This document shows positions 21,385 to 31,210 of a stretch of DNA of 64,000 bases, piece after piece (within the stretch, counting starts at the first letter, position 1; every line of letters begins with the position of its first letter). The notes under the pieces were generated by a model. It saw only the letters and a program-made list of their open reading frames with translations, made no database searches and was not told where the DNA came from. This DNA comes from a virus (Duplodnaviria > Caudoviricetes): positions 64,001-128,000 of IMG/VR virus record IMGVR_UViG_3300029305_004678; one strand, 5' to 3'. Position numbers and translations under genes: made by a program.

Positions 21385-22722
21385 TCACTCTAGACCGAGA
21401 AGCTTCTTCCAAGTCTTATTACCCTTAGTAATCTCGCCATCCTGATAACAACCATTATCAGCCTGATACTTCACAACACATTCATGAGTATTGGGGCCAA
21501 AGTCACCATCGGTCCACTTGATATTGTAACCAAGTTCCTTCAGACGCTTCTGGACAGGCAAAACTACAGGATGCTGATTGTTAATATGCATAGAAATAGT
21601 AACAGTCTTAGACAAAGTTTCAGGACCAGCAATACCATCAACACCAGCACCAGTAACCTTCTGAACATCTGCAACAAATTCCTTCAGAGTATACTCATCC
21701 TTAGTAACAGGAGTTTCCACAGGAGTCTGTTCAACCTTCTTACCTTCATTAGTCCATACAGGCTCGCCATGCCAATCATATACAGTATACCCTTCAGGAC
21801 ATTCAGACTTAGCACCTTCGAGATTCAGATAAGCACCAATCTGGCTGGAAGGATCATCCCAGCTCTTACGGATACGATACCAACGATCTGCCTCAGGAGT
21901 CTCATCAATGGGTTCGGGGTAAACAACATTACCCTCCCAGTCAAATACCTTGTAGCCTTCAGGACATTCAGACTTAGCACCTTCGAGATTCAGATAAGCA
22001 CCAATCTGGCTGGAAGGATCATCCCAGCTCTTACGGATGCGATACCACTTCTTCTCAACAGGCTCTACATTGGTTTCAGGAGTAATAGCAGGGCCATTAT
22101 AGTCAAACCATTCGCAGATAGAATCTGCTTCCAGTTCTGCAAGTGCTTCAAGATTCTTATCATCAAGCAACCACATAGTATTCTTTACATTGGTATGGAA
22201 GCCATGTTCAATAATGACACCAGGAGTTCCGACAGAGTGAGCTCCACGCAGAACACCATAGTAGTCGTCCTTATAACCATTACCATCTCTATCATGAGCA
22301 GACTGCTGAGTATAGATCTGACGGCCAACACCCATAAGAGTAGCTACACGAGCACTGATAAAATCAGCAAATTCATAGCTCTGCTCATCGATGCAACCGC
22401 AATTGTCATCAACAAAGTACATGCTAACAACCCAGTCAGGAGCTTCACGGCCAGCAGCATTACTATGCAAGCTGATAAACAGATCGGAATCCTTAGAAGC
22501 TCTACCACGAGGCTCAAGATCAAGAACCTGATTCACCTGAGACTTGGTGCCAATAACCTTAATACCTCTAGCCTCGAGCTTGGGACGCAGAAGATTGTAC
22601 AGATCCCACATTCTCTGACCTTCATAGTAACCAGCCACGACAGTAGAAGGATTATAATACATACTATCATGACCAGGATCGAGACACACGACAGGAGTTG
22701 TATGTCCATTTTTTACATTTCT
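21385..22722 (-). CDS. N-acetylmuramoyl-L-alanine amidase (Amidase_3) with two cell-wall-binding repeats and a PG-binding domain
   Basis: VCLDPGH...E...FISLHSNA...IIEHGFHTN; duplicated WYRIRKSWDDPSSQIGAY domain (~83 bp identical at ~21791 and ~21956); C-terminal DGDFGP. Confidence 0.9.
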   Translation of the reverse strand, partial: RNVKNGHTTPVVCLDPGHDSMYYNPSTVVAGYYEGQRMWDLYNLLRPKLEARGIKVIGTKSQVNQVLDLEPRGRASKDSDLFISLHSNAAGREAPDWVVSMYFVDDNCGCIDEQSYEFADFISARVATLMGVGRQIYTQQSAHDRDGNGYKDDYYGVLRGAHSVGTPGVIIEHGFHTNVKNTMWLLDDKNLEALAELEADSICEWFDYNGPAITPETNVEPVEKKWYRIRKSWDDPSSQIGAYLNLEGAKSECPEGYKVFDWEGNVVYPEPIDETPEADRWYRIRKSWDDPSSQIGAYLNLEGAKSECPEGYTVYDWHGEPVWTNEGKKVEQTPVETPVTKDEYTLKEFVADVQKVTGAGVDGIAGPETLSKTVTISMHINNQHPVVLPVQKRLKELGYNIKWTDGDFGPNTHECVVKYQADNGCYQDGEITKGNKTWKKLLGLE

Positions 22723-22842
22723 CATAAATATAACCTCCATTATTTTTTTTTTGATTTATTAATATGTGAATTTAATCAAAATGGAGTATAAAATATTTAT
22801 AAATAGAAATTGTATTAATAACTGACATTTGATATATTAATC

Positions 22843-24255
22843 TTATTCTATACCTCTAGAATCGAAATAAACAATACCAATATCGGTATAATCATTAACA
22901 ACTACCCATATTCCATCAGAATATTTTATATATGGTATGCCGCCTAAATTAATATTTAAACGTTCAAATGTTATACCATCTGTAGAGTATAAACCATTAC
23001 CCGCTATATAAATTCCATTATTACATTGCATACTTCCAATATCACTAAGTGACTGATCAATATAACCACCGCATAGTATACACGGCTTAAATACTATTCC
23101 ATCAGTGGTATACAGAATACAAGATTTTAAAGAATACGTGTCATAGAATGCAAAATGAACTATACCATTATCATTATTATTATTATAGCATTTTAATTCG
23201 CTACTATAATCTAATTTACAACCAATCATATCCTCCGCGTCACTAATATCTATCGCTATCCATTCAGTAAAATCTGTAGAATAAGCGGGATACTTTATAT
23301 ATATTCCATTGATACGATAAGGATCATTGCTATTATAAAAACTAAAATAAGAAGTAGGAGTATTAGACTTTATCCATTCTCTACCATCTGTTGAATGATA
23401 ACTACCGCATGTCCATATTCCATTTATACGACAGAAACCATTTGATACATCGGTATTAATATCAGCAGCGGTAGATTGTGTCCATGTCTTTCCATCAGTA
23501 GAATAATAAAAATAATCTATATTACCAGAATCTTCCATATAACCACAAACCCACATTCCATCAGCATATCCGACAGATTGAATATATCCTCTTGTAATAT
23601 TAGATTGCGTCCATGTCTTTCCATCTGTAGAATAATATAAGCCTGGATTAGTTGTGGCATTATAATTAGTCTTATAATTGCTATATCCAATCCATAATCC
23701 ATTAAGATATTCAAATTTAAAAAAGGTCCATGATGTAATATTAGATTGTGTCCATGTCTTTCCATCTGTAGAATAACAGACAGCACCATTACTACTACGG
23801 TCAATAATTACCCATATTCCACCACCATATTTAATAGTAGTAGTATATCCGCTTGTAATATTAGATTGTGTCCATATCTTTCCATCTGTAGAATAATAGT
23901 AACCGACATCGTTATTATTTCCTTCTGCTACCCATATTCCATTATTATACGAGACATTTTTAAATTTATCGTCTGTAATATTAGATTGTGTCCATGTCTT
24001 TCCATCAGTAGAATAGTAGACACCACTTTTTCCATATACTACCCATACTCCATTATTGTGCAAAACACTTCTAAAATTACCACTTGTAATATTAGATTGT
24101 GTAAATTCTATCTTTTTAGACCCTTCTATATTTCTTATTTGATTAGGAAAATCTTCTAATGCAATCTTATCTTGCAGATCAGTCTTTTCTCTAATAGCAT
24201 CTGCTATATTAGTCAAAGTCTCACCTTGAATTATGAATAATCCATTATTACTCAT
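22843..24255 (-). CDS. BNR/Asp-box beta-propeller receptor-binding or tail-spike protein
   Basis: Repeated YSTDGKTWTQSNIT (S-x-D-x-G-x-T-W Asp-box); N-terminal TLTNIADAIREKT adaptor seen in Firmicutes phage tail proteins. Confidence 0.8.
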   Translation of the reverse strand: MSNNGLFIIQGETLTNIADAIREKTDLQDKIALEDFPNQIRNIEGSKKIEFTQSNITSGNFRSVLHNNGVWVVYGKSGVYYSTDGKTWTQSNITDDKFKNVSYNNGIWVAEGNNNDVGYYYSTDGKIWTQSNITSGYTTTIKYGGGIWVIIDRSSNGAVCYSTDGKTWTQSNITSWTFFKFEYLNGLWIGYSNYKTNYNATTNPGLYYSTDGKTWTQSNITRGYIQSVGYADGMWVCGYMEDSGNIDYFYYSTDGKTWTQSTAADINTDVSNGFCRINGIWTCGSYHSTDGREWIKSNTPTSYFSFYNSNDPYRINGIYIKYPAYSTDFTEWIAIDISDAEDMIGCKLDYSSELKCYNNNNDNGIVHFAFYDTYSLKSCILYTTDGIVFKPCILCGGYIDQSLSDIGSMQCNNGIYIAGNGLYSTDGITFERLNINLGGIPYIKYSDGIWVVVNDYTDIGIVYFDSRGIE

Positions 24256-24353
24256 TATTTATTCTCTCCTCATTTATTTAGATTGATTTAAAATGAGAGG
24301 CAAAGGTATAATTACTAGATAAATATAGTAATTATACCTTTGCCTTTATTATT

Positions 24354-24485
24354 TTATTCTACACTAGCAGGCTGCAGGATTTCTAAAGACTGCTCCTCAG
24401 TAATAACTCCCTTAGAAACAGCATTCTGTACCATAGTAGTAGTCCATAAGCCCTGCTTATACCATTTCTTGATCTTTTCAAACAT
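24354..24485 (-). CDS. XkdX-family small protein (copy 1; absent from ORF track)
   Basis: Manual translation MFEKIKKWYKQGLWTTTMVQNAVSKGVITEEQSLEILQPASVE; GGAGG RBS. Confidence 0.85.
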   Translation of the reverse strand: MFEKIKKWYKQGLWTTTMVQNAVSKGVITEEQSLEILQPASVE

Positions 24486-24488
24486 AGC

Positions 24489-24752
24489 TTATTCCTCCAA
24501 TAAAGTGTCAGTCATCATAGCAGTATATGTGACTTGAGCTTCAATGATATCTAACTGAGTAGGAGTAGAAACTTCCTCTACACCATCATCCTCAATAGTA
24601 TATTCGCCATTGTAAGCTTCTTTCTTGGCGATTTCCTCGTTGGCTTCGCTGTATGTCATAATTACGTCAAGAAAAAGCTGTTCAATATTGGGCTGTTCTT
24701 CTGTGTCGTGATTGATTTCAGCGGACAGGAATCTATATTTAATATGCTTCAT
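24489..24752 (-). CDS. Tail fibre assembly/chaperone-like protein (copy 1)
   Basis: Lies between fibre and XkdX; NEEIAKKEAYNGEYTIEDDG shared with copy 2. Confidence 0.7.
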   Translation of the reverse strand: MKHIKYRFLSAEINHDTEEQPNIEQLFLDVIMTYSEANEEIAKKEAYNGEYTIEDDGVEEVSTPTQLDIIEAQVTYTAMMTDTLLEE

Positions 24753-24765
24753 TGATTAGACCTCC

Positions 24766-25665
24766 TTAATCTTTGACATACCAAATTGTCACATCAACAG
24801 TTTGCGAACTTAAATCTCTACCTGCGACAATACGAATAGTTGAACCAAACGCAGATACTCTTACATCACCTTCTTGTGCTATGATAGGCATTGCCCATCC
24901 GTCACTTGAACAACCCTCGCAACGAATAATTTTTTGTTGTGTTGGAATCACATTTGGTATATCTCTCTCTCCAGATGCAGGCAGATTTCCACAATTCACC
25001 AGTTTCGTATAAACAATCTTTCCATTCCACCGCTCCGTTGTGATATATTCCACACCAGGAAGCATGTCTGGTGTACTGTCTGCGTATACATTCGCTATGG
25101 TTAATGCACTTGATTCATCAAAATCAGTAACTAATTCAAAGTTTATCGGCGTAAAAATTGTTGTCATTTCTCTTATAGTAATATATACTTGATTATCATA
25201 ATTTAAATTATAGAAGGCGTATATTGTATACTCATATTCATTAGATTTCTTAACTGCTATTTTACTTAATCCATAAGTAGATGGATTAGCAGGCACAATA
25301 GTTCTAGCATTTGCCCAATAATATCCGCTTGTAATTTCAATTAATGCACTTACTGGAGTATTATTATAATAACTACCACCAATATGAAGTTTTACACTCG
25401 CACTATAAGCGTTTTCAGAAATAAAGGTACCAATCTTATACCATCCAGCTGTTACTAGTCGTGATTCCAATTTATGGTCTTGTGGAGCAGCGCCTACTTT
25501 ATCAGCAGTAGTTGGAATTTCATTTCTGTCAGCCTTATTCTCTAGAATTACATTCAAACCAGTACCATCATCATCACTAACAGCACTTATTTTAGTTCTA
25601 GGAAACAGTGCTTCTGATTTATCTTTATCAGAAAATAGAGTTTTAATTTTACCAACTATACTCAT
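24766..25665 (-). CDS. Tail fibre / receptor-binding protein (cassette 1)
   Basis: ALFPRTKISAV N-terminus; MLPGVEYITTERWNGKIVYTKLVNCGNLP C-terminal domain homologous to cassette 2. Confidence 0.75.
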   Translation of the reverse strand: MSIVGKIKTLFSDKDKSEALFPRTKISAVSDDDGTGLNVILENKADRNEIPTTADKVGAAPQDHKLESRLVTAGWYKIGTFISENAYSASVKLHIGGSYYNNTPVSALIEITSGYYWANARTIVPANPSTYGLSKIAVKKSNEYEYTIYAFYNLNYDNQVYITIREMTTIFTPINFELVTDFDESSALTIANVYADSTPDMLPGVEYITTERWNGKIVYTKLVNCGNLPASGERDIPNVIPTQQKIIRCEGCSSDGWAMPIIAQEGDVRVSAFGSTIRIVAGRDLSSQTVDVTIWYVKD

Positions 25666-25668
25666 TTA

Positions 25669-25803
25669 TTACTCCTCCTTTTCTGCAAGAATTTCATTTG
25701 CTTCTTCTTCAGTTAGAATGCCTTTTTTAACAGACATTTTAACTAACTGAGGACTCCAAAGTCCTCTTTTATAAAAACTTTTAATAGTTTCAAAATCCAG
25801 CAT
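25669..25803 (-). CDS. XkdX-family small protein (copy 2; absent from ORF track)
   Basis: Manual translation MLDFETIKSFYKRGLWSPQLVKMSVKKGILTEEEANEILAEKEE. Confidence 0.85.
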   Translation of the reverse strand: MLDFETIKSFYKRGLWSPQLVKMSVKKGILTEEEANEILAEKEE

Positions 25804-25805
25804 AT

Positions 25806-26069
25806 TTATACCTCACTCACATCTGGCATACAGAGCATAGTAACTGCTGCTTCTAGTGCCTCAAATCTTTCTTCTGTAGTAGGAGTAGAAACTTCCTCTA
25901 CACCATCATCCTCAATAGTATATTCGCCATTATAGGCTTCTTTCTTTGCGATTTCCTCGTTGATTTCATTCCAGCCCATTTCTACAGGGGAAAGAATTTC
26001 AACAATCTTTGGCTCTGCCTCTGTGCCGTGGTTGACCTTGGTACAAAGGTTGTATTTTAAGATTTTCAT
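25806..26069 (-). CDS. Tail fibre assembly/chaperone-like protein (copy 2)
   Basis: Paralog of 24489-24752. Confidence 0.7.
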   Translation of the reverse strand: MKILKYNLCTKVNHGTEAEPKIVEILSPVEMGWNEINEEIAKKEAYNGEYTIEDDGVEEVSTPTTEERFEALEAAVTMLCMPDVSEV

Positions 26070-26082
26070 AATTCGTCCCCCT

Positions 26083-26880
26083 TTAGTCTATTGTGAACTT
26101 ATAAAACACTTCTGCGGTAACGCTGCTTGCATCATAGTCCGTATTTATTGCAATTGCACCGCCAAAAGATGTCACCATAATGTGCGCCCCGCTTACATGG
26201 TTATTCGCATCGTAGCCAACACCATTCACCAAAACACCACTGGATAATTTTGCAGTAAGACCTCCGACAATTTGAAAGTTAGCACCATCAAGAATATTGG
26301 CATAACATGTCTTTCTGCTATTGTTCGGCAATGCTCCAAAATTGATATTTGCATAATAGACAGCTTTGCCGTTATACCGCTCTGTGGTGCGGTATGCCAC
26401 GCCAACAAACATGGGTGGGTTTTCAACTTCCCATTCTCCAATATATTCCGTACCGTAAATTGTTCGTTGCACTCTTACACCTGCAACATGCGGATTGCTA
26501 CCCATATCTACAATTTCTTGCATGCATACACCACCATTGAATGTCCAAACACGGCAAGCTTGGAATTCTCTCCATGCGTATTCTGCGGGAAAATTAGCTG
26601 GTGCGTTGTTCGTGTACCACATATACCAACCATTTGCCTTGATATTATTCAAATCATCAGCAGATGTCAGCAGTTTGGATTCAACGCCCAAACCATATCC
26701 AGCAGGAGCGAATTCAGTAGGCAATTTACCACCGAAAGTATCGGCATTTATAGGTACAGTTGCGATTTCAGTTTCAGATTCTTCTGAGTAAACTACACCA
26801 TCTAAATCAGGCTTATAAATTCCAGGTAAACCAAATACTGAAAAATCCAAGCCATTTAATACTTTATTATTATCAGACAT
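26083..26880 (-). CDS. Tail fibre / receptor-binding protein (cassette 2, pyocin-knob-like domain)
   Basis: FAPAGYGLG...DLNNIKANGWY...QRT...WEVENPPMFVGVAYRTTERYNGKAVY. Confidence 0.75.
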   Translation of the reverse strand: MSDNNKVLNGLDFSVFGLPGIYKPDLDGVVYSEESETEIATVPINADTFGGKLPTEFAPAGYGLGVESKLLTSADDLNNIKANGWYMWYTNNAPANFPAEYAWREFQACRVWTFNGGVCMQEIVDMGSNPHVAGVRVQRTIYGTEYIGEWEVENPPMFVGVAYRTTERYNGKAVYYANINFGALPNNSRKTCYANILDGANFQIVGGLTAKLSSGVLVNGVGYDANNHVSGAHIMVTSFGGAIAINTDYDASSVTAEVFYKFTID

Positions 26881-26913
26881 AATTTATATTACCCCCTTAA
26901 TTAATGTGAATCA

Positions 26914-27516
26914 TCAGAAGGATGTTCCTTCAGCAGAAGGAAGCGATGTAGCGATACCAAATCTTACTATACCATCACCGCTATCTTCTGCAGTAATAAC
27001 AATAGGAGAATCAGTCCATATAGCTGCACCATTAGATACATATAAGAACTGACCTTCATTTTCTTCAGTTATTTCAGGAAGCTCACTACCAGATTCTTCT
27101 GCGAGCTTCTGTGTAAACTCTTCTTCAGTACCAGTATAACCACCATCTTGGGCATACTGATATGCGCTTTTACCAGTAGCACCTGTAGGACCAATAGAAC
27201 CAGTAGCACCCGTAGGACCAACAGGGCCGGTAGGACCAATAGAACCAGTAGCACCCGTAGGACCAACAGGGCCGGTAGGACCAATAGAACCAGTAGCACC
27301 CGTAGGACCAACAGGGCCGGTAGGACCAATAGAACCAGTAGCACCCGTAGGACCAACAGGTCCTCTAAGATTCAATAGAATATCAGAGGAGTCGTCACTA
27401 CTCCTCATATAAAGATTACCATTTTCTTCATCGACAGATAACTCCCTAGGATAGTACTTCGCGCCACTCTCATAAGGAGCTACTCTAGTTGGATGACGAA
27501 TATCTTCAACAGACAT
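26914..27516 (-). CDS. Collagen-like tail fibre protein
   Basis: ([15 protein letters not shown])n followed by [20 protein letters not shown]; late promoter at 27543-27555. Confidence 0.85.
   Translation of the reverse strand: MSVEDIRHPTRVAPYESGAKYYPRELSVDEENGNLYMRSSDDSSDILLNLRGPVGPTGATGSIGPTGPVGPTGATGSIGPTGPVGPTGATGSIGPTGPVGPTGATGSIGPTGATGKSAYQYAQDGGYTGTEEEFTQKLAEESGSELPEITEENEGQFLYVSNGAAIWTDSPIVITAEDSGDGIVRFGIATSLPSAEGTSF
27188..27360. repeat. 45-bp perfect tandem repeat (about 3.8 copies) encoding collagen G-X-Y
   Basis: GGACCAATAGAACCAGTAGCACCCGTAGGACCAACAGGGCCGGTA recurs at 27188, 27233 and 27278, partial at 27323. Confidence 0.9.
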
Positions 27517-27649
27517 AAGTTATTTTCCTCCTTCGAGTAATTTTATTTATATGTTTTCTGGCATTAAGTTCACAAGGCATAGATCTGAGAGCATCTTGGC
27601 AGGCACTCTCCAAACATATGAATAAGAATTTAGAGAGGACTGAGTTGCA

Positions 27650-28612
27650 ATGAATTACATTGATTTTGTATCTAAACCACTTTTCTTAACTAATGTAACT
27701 GATGGAGTTGGAGATGCATCTGATGCTGTTGTCTCTATATCCAAAGCTATTTCTGAATACGGCCCTCTTATCGTTATTATGGCAGTTTTTGTTATTGTTT
27801 TTGTATTGATGGCTATATTGATACTTAGAAATAATGCAAAAATGATGAATCAGCTAATGACTGATAAAGAAACGGCGGAATCTAATAACCAACAGATGAT
27901 AGAAAAATTTGTAACAGCTGCACTTGAAAATCATGGAGTTAGTTCTAATAACACAAATGTTGAAGATCTTATAAAAGATATGAAGAAGAGTGTTGATGAG
28001 CTAAATAATCAAAAGAAGAAAGAAGAAAAAGAAGATGATCCAGATGATTATCATAAAGATATTGTTGGAGCCTATATTGATGTAAATATGGCCTTCAAGG
28101 ATGCATCTAGGAAAACTCTTTCAATTCTTGATTGCCAAAGAGTTGGAATTTATGTATTTCATAATGGAAATAATTCTTTGCACGGATTACCATTTTTTAA
28201 AATGTCTTGTATCCATGAATGGACTACTCGTGGATGCAATACGTTAAGAGGTAAATCTCATATAGATATGCCTCTTCATTTATTCAATGATTTTATTGAA
28301 GATTTATATAATCATGGAATTTATAAATCTCAAGATGTCTCTAAGGGTAAGGAAGAAGATCCTTCTCTTGAGGAGTTTATAGAGTTCTCTCATACAAAAG
28401 CTCTCTATATGATCGCCATTAAAGATGCTGACGGTGTTCTTGTTGGATTTGTAATAGCAGAATTTGAGAACGTTGATAATTTTGAACAAGACGAAGCCCG
28501 AGATAAATTTATACGGGAAAACCTTAATGCTATGGTGTTCAATGTTTCTCCATTCGTTGCCAACAAATATGTATTTAGAAGAATACAAGATCAGCATAAT
28601 AATAATGGGTAG
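27650..28612 (+). CDS. Membrane protein with C-terminal GAF-like domain (holin/lysis-regulator-like)
   Basis: Single TM (PLIVIMAVFVIVFVLMAILIL), coiled coil, then RVGIYVFHNG...KMSCIHEW GAF-like region; late promoter at 27613-27625. Confidence 0.55.
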   Translation: MNYIDFVSKPLFLTNVTDGVGDASDAVVSISKAISEYGPLIVIMAVFVIVFVLMAILILRNNAKMMNQLMTDKETAESNNQQMIEKFVTAALENHGVSSNNTNVEDLIKDMKKSVDELNNQKKKEEKEDDPDDYHKDIVGAYIDVNMAFKDASRKTLSILDCQRVGIYVFHNGNNSLHGLPFFKMSCIHEWTTRGCNTLRGKSHIDMPLHLFNDFIEDLYNHGIYKSQDVSKGKEEDPSLEEFIEFSHTKALYMIAIKDADGVLVGFVIAEFENVDNFEQDEARDKFIRENLNAMVFNVSPFVANKYVFRRIQDQHNNNG

Positions 28613-28691
28613 AAGCAGGTTATCCTGCTTCTACCCCTTCTCTTTTTATATGTATAACATTTTAATAAATTAAAAAAATGGAGGACTAAAA

Positions 28692-29186
28692 ATGGATTAT
28701 TTAGGTTTAATCGCTGGATTGATTTTGATCCTTGCAGCAGCTATAATAATTGGCATTAAGCTTTATAAGAAAAATAAAGAGACTGGTACTACTATCTCTT
28801 TTGATGAGTTTATTGAAGCATATGGACAGCAGATTATCCAAGTTCTTATCGACATTATCCAGTTACTGAAATTGGATCAGGGGTCCTATGAGAATAAGGA
28901 AGAATATGAGTATACTGTAATCTATATGACTATAGATAAATTGAAAGAAAATTCTGTAGAACTTGGTATCGATAAAGAGATAATTAATATGATTGATACA
29001 GAGACATTGACTGGAATAGTACAGAAAGTTCTTCATAATGAGGTTATGGAAATCTTTAATGAATCCACTCAGTCTGTAACTATTGGAGATGGTTCTTCTC
29101 TTGATGAGAATGATACAGGTACATCTAATTCTTTATTGAATGAGGTTCCTTATACTGATGAAGTAAATAATTCTGAATCTGAATAA
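28692..29186 (+). CDS. Single-TM membrane protein (possible lysis accessory)
   Basis: N-terminal TM, acidic tail; late promoter at 28656-28668. Confidence 0.6.
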   Translation: MDYLGLIAGLILILAAAIIIGIKLYKKNKETGTTISFDEFIEAYGQQIIQVLIDIIQLLKLDQGSYENKEEYEYTVIYMTIDKLKENSVELGIDKEIINMIDTETLTGIVQKVLHNEVMEIFNESTQSVTIGDGSSLDENDTGTSNSLLNEVPYTDEVNNSESE

Positions 29187-29228
29187 TTAAAAAATATAGG
29201 AGAAGCTTTTAAGGCTTCTCCTATTTAT

Positions 29229-30566
29229 TTATTTCTTATCACTTTCAGATATTCTGTTTTTATTAGCAGATGTTTTAGTAATTACATAGTCATTTATATA
29301 ATCACCATCTACATATACTCCTATAAAAGTACCAGTATTTCTAATAGGTGTATTACTCTTAAATGTAAGAGTTTCCCAATCAAATTTACCGGTTATATAT
29401 TCTCCACCATTGAAGAAAATTAGATCACAGAATATAGCAGGAGATACTCCTTTTGACAAGCAATCTGCTATACATTCTCCTATATCTCCCTCAAGAAGTT
29501 CAGAAAAGTCTACTTCTAGTGGAAGATTGATTTTGTCTTCATCATCTTCATAAGTTGTAGACATATATAAAGGCCAATTATATTTATTCTTATCAGGAAC
29601 GACAGATCCTTTAAATGTATAACATGTACTTACTGGGCCATTGGGTTGATACCATGCTCCATAAACTGTTTTAAGTTTATGAGCATTATCAGAATAATAT
29701 GCATACATTTTAGGAGCAGGAAATCTAACTTCTACAGAGAATTCGATTCCAAAATTATTAGTCATCTGTCCTTCTCTTTCTCCATCATCTGCAGAAAGAT
29801 CTTGAGGTCTTAAATGCACATACATATTTCTCATTCTAATAAAGAATTCATTATTTCCATTAAGTGTACGATGTTTATATAAGAAAGGTAATGTACTATG
29901 CATATTTAACCATCTTAAGAATCCAGGTACATTCTTAATTGTCTCTTTAATATTTCCTTCAGAGACAGTTTCAGTCTGTACTTCAAAACCATTATCCCTA
30001 GCCAATTGAATCATGAGGGTATAGGGAATGTGAAAATCCAAATCTACGTCTTCACCACATGTGAATCCAATTCTACATGCAAGCTTTATAAATTTGAAAA
30101 TATCAAGCTGCTGAGCCCTAGTTTCTACTTTAAGACGGAAATTAAATCTCATTAACATAGTCTCCATACCTATTCCCATATAAGAGGAATTAGAAGGAGC
30201 ATTAAAGAATGAATTCTTAAATTTACCAGTCTGTACGTAAAGATCCATTCCATAAGGATAAGAATCAATACTTTCATTATCAAAATCCCATGATATGGAA
30301 GGTGTGATTGTAAGCGCAGGCTTTTGTCTTTTCAACAGCTCTAACTTACTAAGAGATCTGAAATCATCGTATATATTCTTTCCATCTATATAGATGGATT
30401 TAAATGTATCTTTAGGGAATTTAGATAAAAACCATTTTTTCATGTACTCTATACAAAGAGAATATGCTTGAACTGTACTAGGTACACATATACTTCTATA
30501 AAGAGTCTTAGAATGTTGCTGCCTAAAAGTATTTATATCAATGGGTTTAAGATTAGACATATCCAT
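29229..30566 (-). CDS. Putative virion structural protein
   Basis: 445-aa ORF, GGAGG RBS, late promoter at 30585-30597; no catalytic motif recognised. Confidence 0.55.
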   Translation of the reverse strand: MDMSNLKPIDINTFRQQHSKTLYRSICVPSTVQAYSLCIEYMKKWFLSKFPKDTFKSIYIDGKNIYDDFRSLSKLELLKRQKPALTITPSISWDFDNESIDSYPYGMDLYVQTGKFKNSFFNAPSNSSYMGIGMETMLMRFNFRLKVETRAQQLDIFKFIKLACRIGFTCGEDVDLDFHIPYTLMIQLARDNGFEVQTETVSEGNIKETIKNVPGFLRWLNMHSTLPFLYKHRTLNGNNEFFIRMRNMYVHLRPQDLSADDGEREGQMTNNFGIEFSVEVRFPAPKMYAYYSDNAHKLKTVYGAWYQPNGPVSTCYTFKGSVVPDKNKYNWPLYMSTTYEDDEDKINLPLEVDFSELLEGDIGECIADCLSKGVSPAIFCDLIFFNGGEYITGKFDWETLTFKSNTPIRNTGTFIGVYVDGDYINDYVITKTSANKNRISESDKK

Positions 30567-30649
30567 AAATTAAACCTCCTTTAATTATTTTTATGTTCTA
30601 GTATAAAAAATAAACGGTAGAGAGCGATACGCTCTCTACCGTTATATAT

Positions 30650-31210
30650 TTAGCAATTTGCAAAATAAGACATTACGTCAATTACATACCGATCTGTGCA
30701 AATTACCATATCAGCAGGAGAATTGAGGACATCATTTCTAAAATTCTCGAAATTCTTAGTAAGAGTTTCGATAAATGCTTCAGAGCTTCCTCTTTCCTTG
30801 TAACGACGAATAGTCTCTTCTTTATCCTTGGGACAAATAGCTATAAACTTAAGCCCTCTCTCATGAAGTCCATTCAATACTTCAGCATGAGTAGAAGTAC
30901 ATACACAAAGTATTGTACTTTCTACAGGTGTTTCTCTATATGCCCTCTCTACAGCATCAAGATAATTATTGGGCCAATCTGGATGGCATTTCTTAATGCC
31001 ATGTTCTACAACCCAATGATAATCAGAACTCTCCATATCAATGAATTCATGAGGGAAATATTTACCACCAAAGGATTTGCCAGTTCCAGGGAAACCTGCT
31101 ACAATATACTTATTTTCACAGGTAGGAATATTTTTAGTTACCATAGTTCTCATACCACTCTTGATATCTTCTTCTAACTCTTTAATTCTTTTAGTTTCCA
31201 TTTTATACAC
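30650..31210 (-). CDS. P-loop NTPase (NMP-kinase-like)
   Basis: Walker A AGFPGTGKS; DMESSDY; RYKERG. Confidence 0.75.
   Translation of the reverse strand: MYKMETKRIKELEEDIKSGMRTMVTKNIPTCENKYIVAGFPGTGKSFGGKYFPHEFIDMESSDYHWVVEHGIKKCHPDWPNNYLDAVERAYRETPVESTILCVCTSTHAEVLNGLHERGLKFIAICPKDKEETIRRYKERGSSEAFIETLTKNFENFRNDVLNSPADMVICTDRYVIDVMSYFANC

Noticed and set aside
21484-22791. 435-aa plus-strand ORF
   Set aside because: Antisense shadow of the codon-biased amidase gene; no RBS or recognisable domain
23470-24110. Regularly spaced ~40-bp repeats resembling a CRISPR array
   Set aside because: In-frame Asp-box (YSTDGKTWTQSNIT) coding repeats with ~85-150-bp periods; no cas genes
24558-25962. Repeat pair as a diversity-generating retroelement TR/VR
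   Set aside because: Few, synonymous-type differences in chaperone genes, not adenine-specific in a fibre tip; no reverse transcriptase in the window
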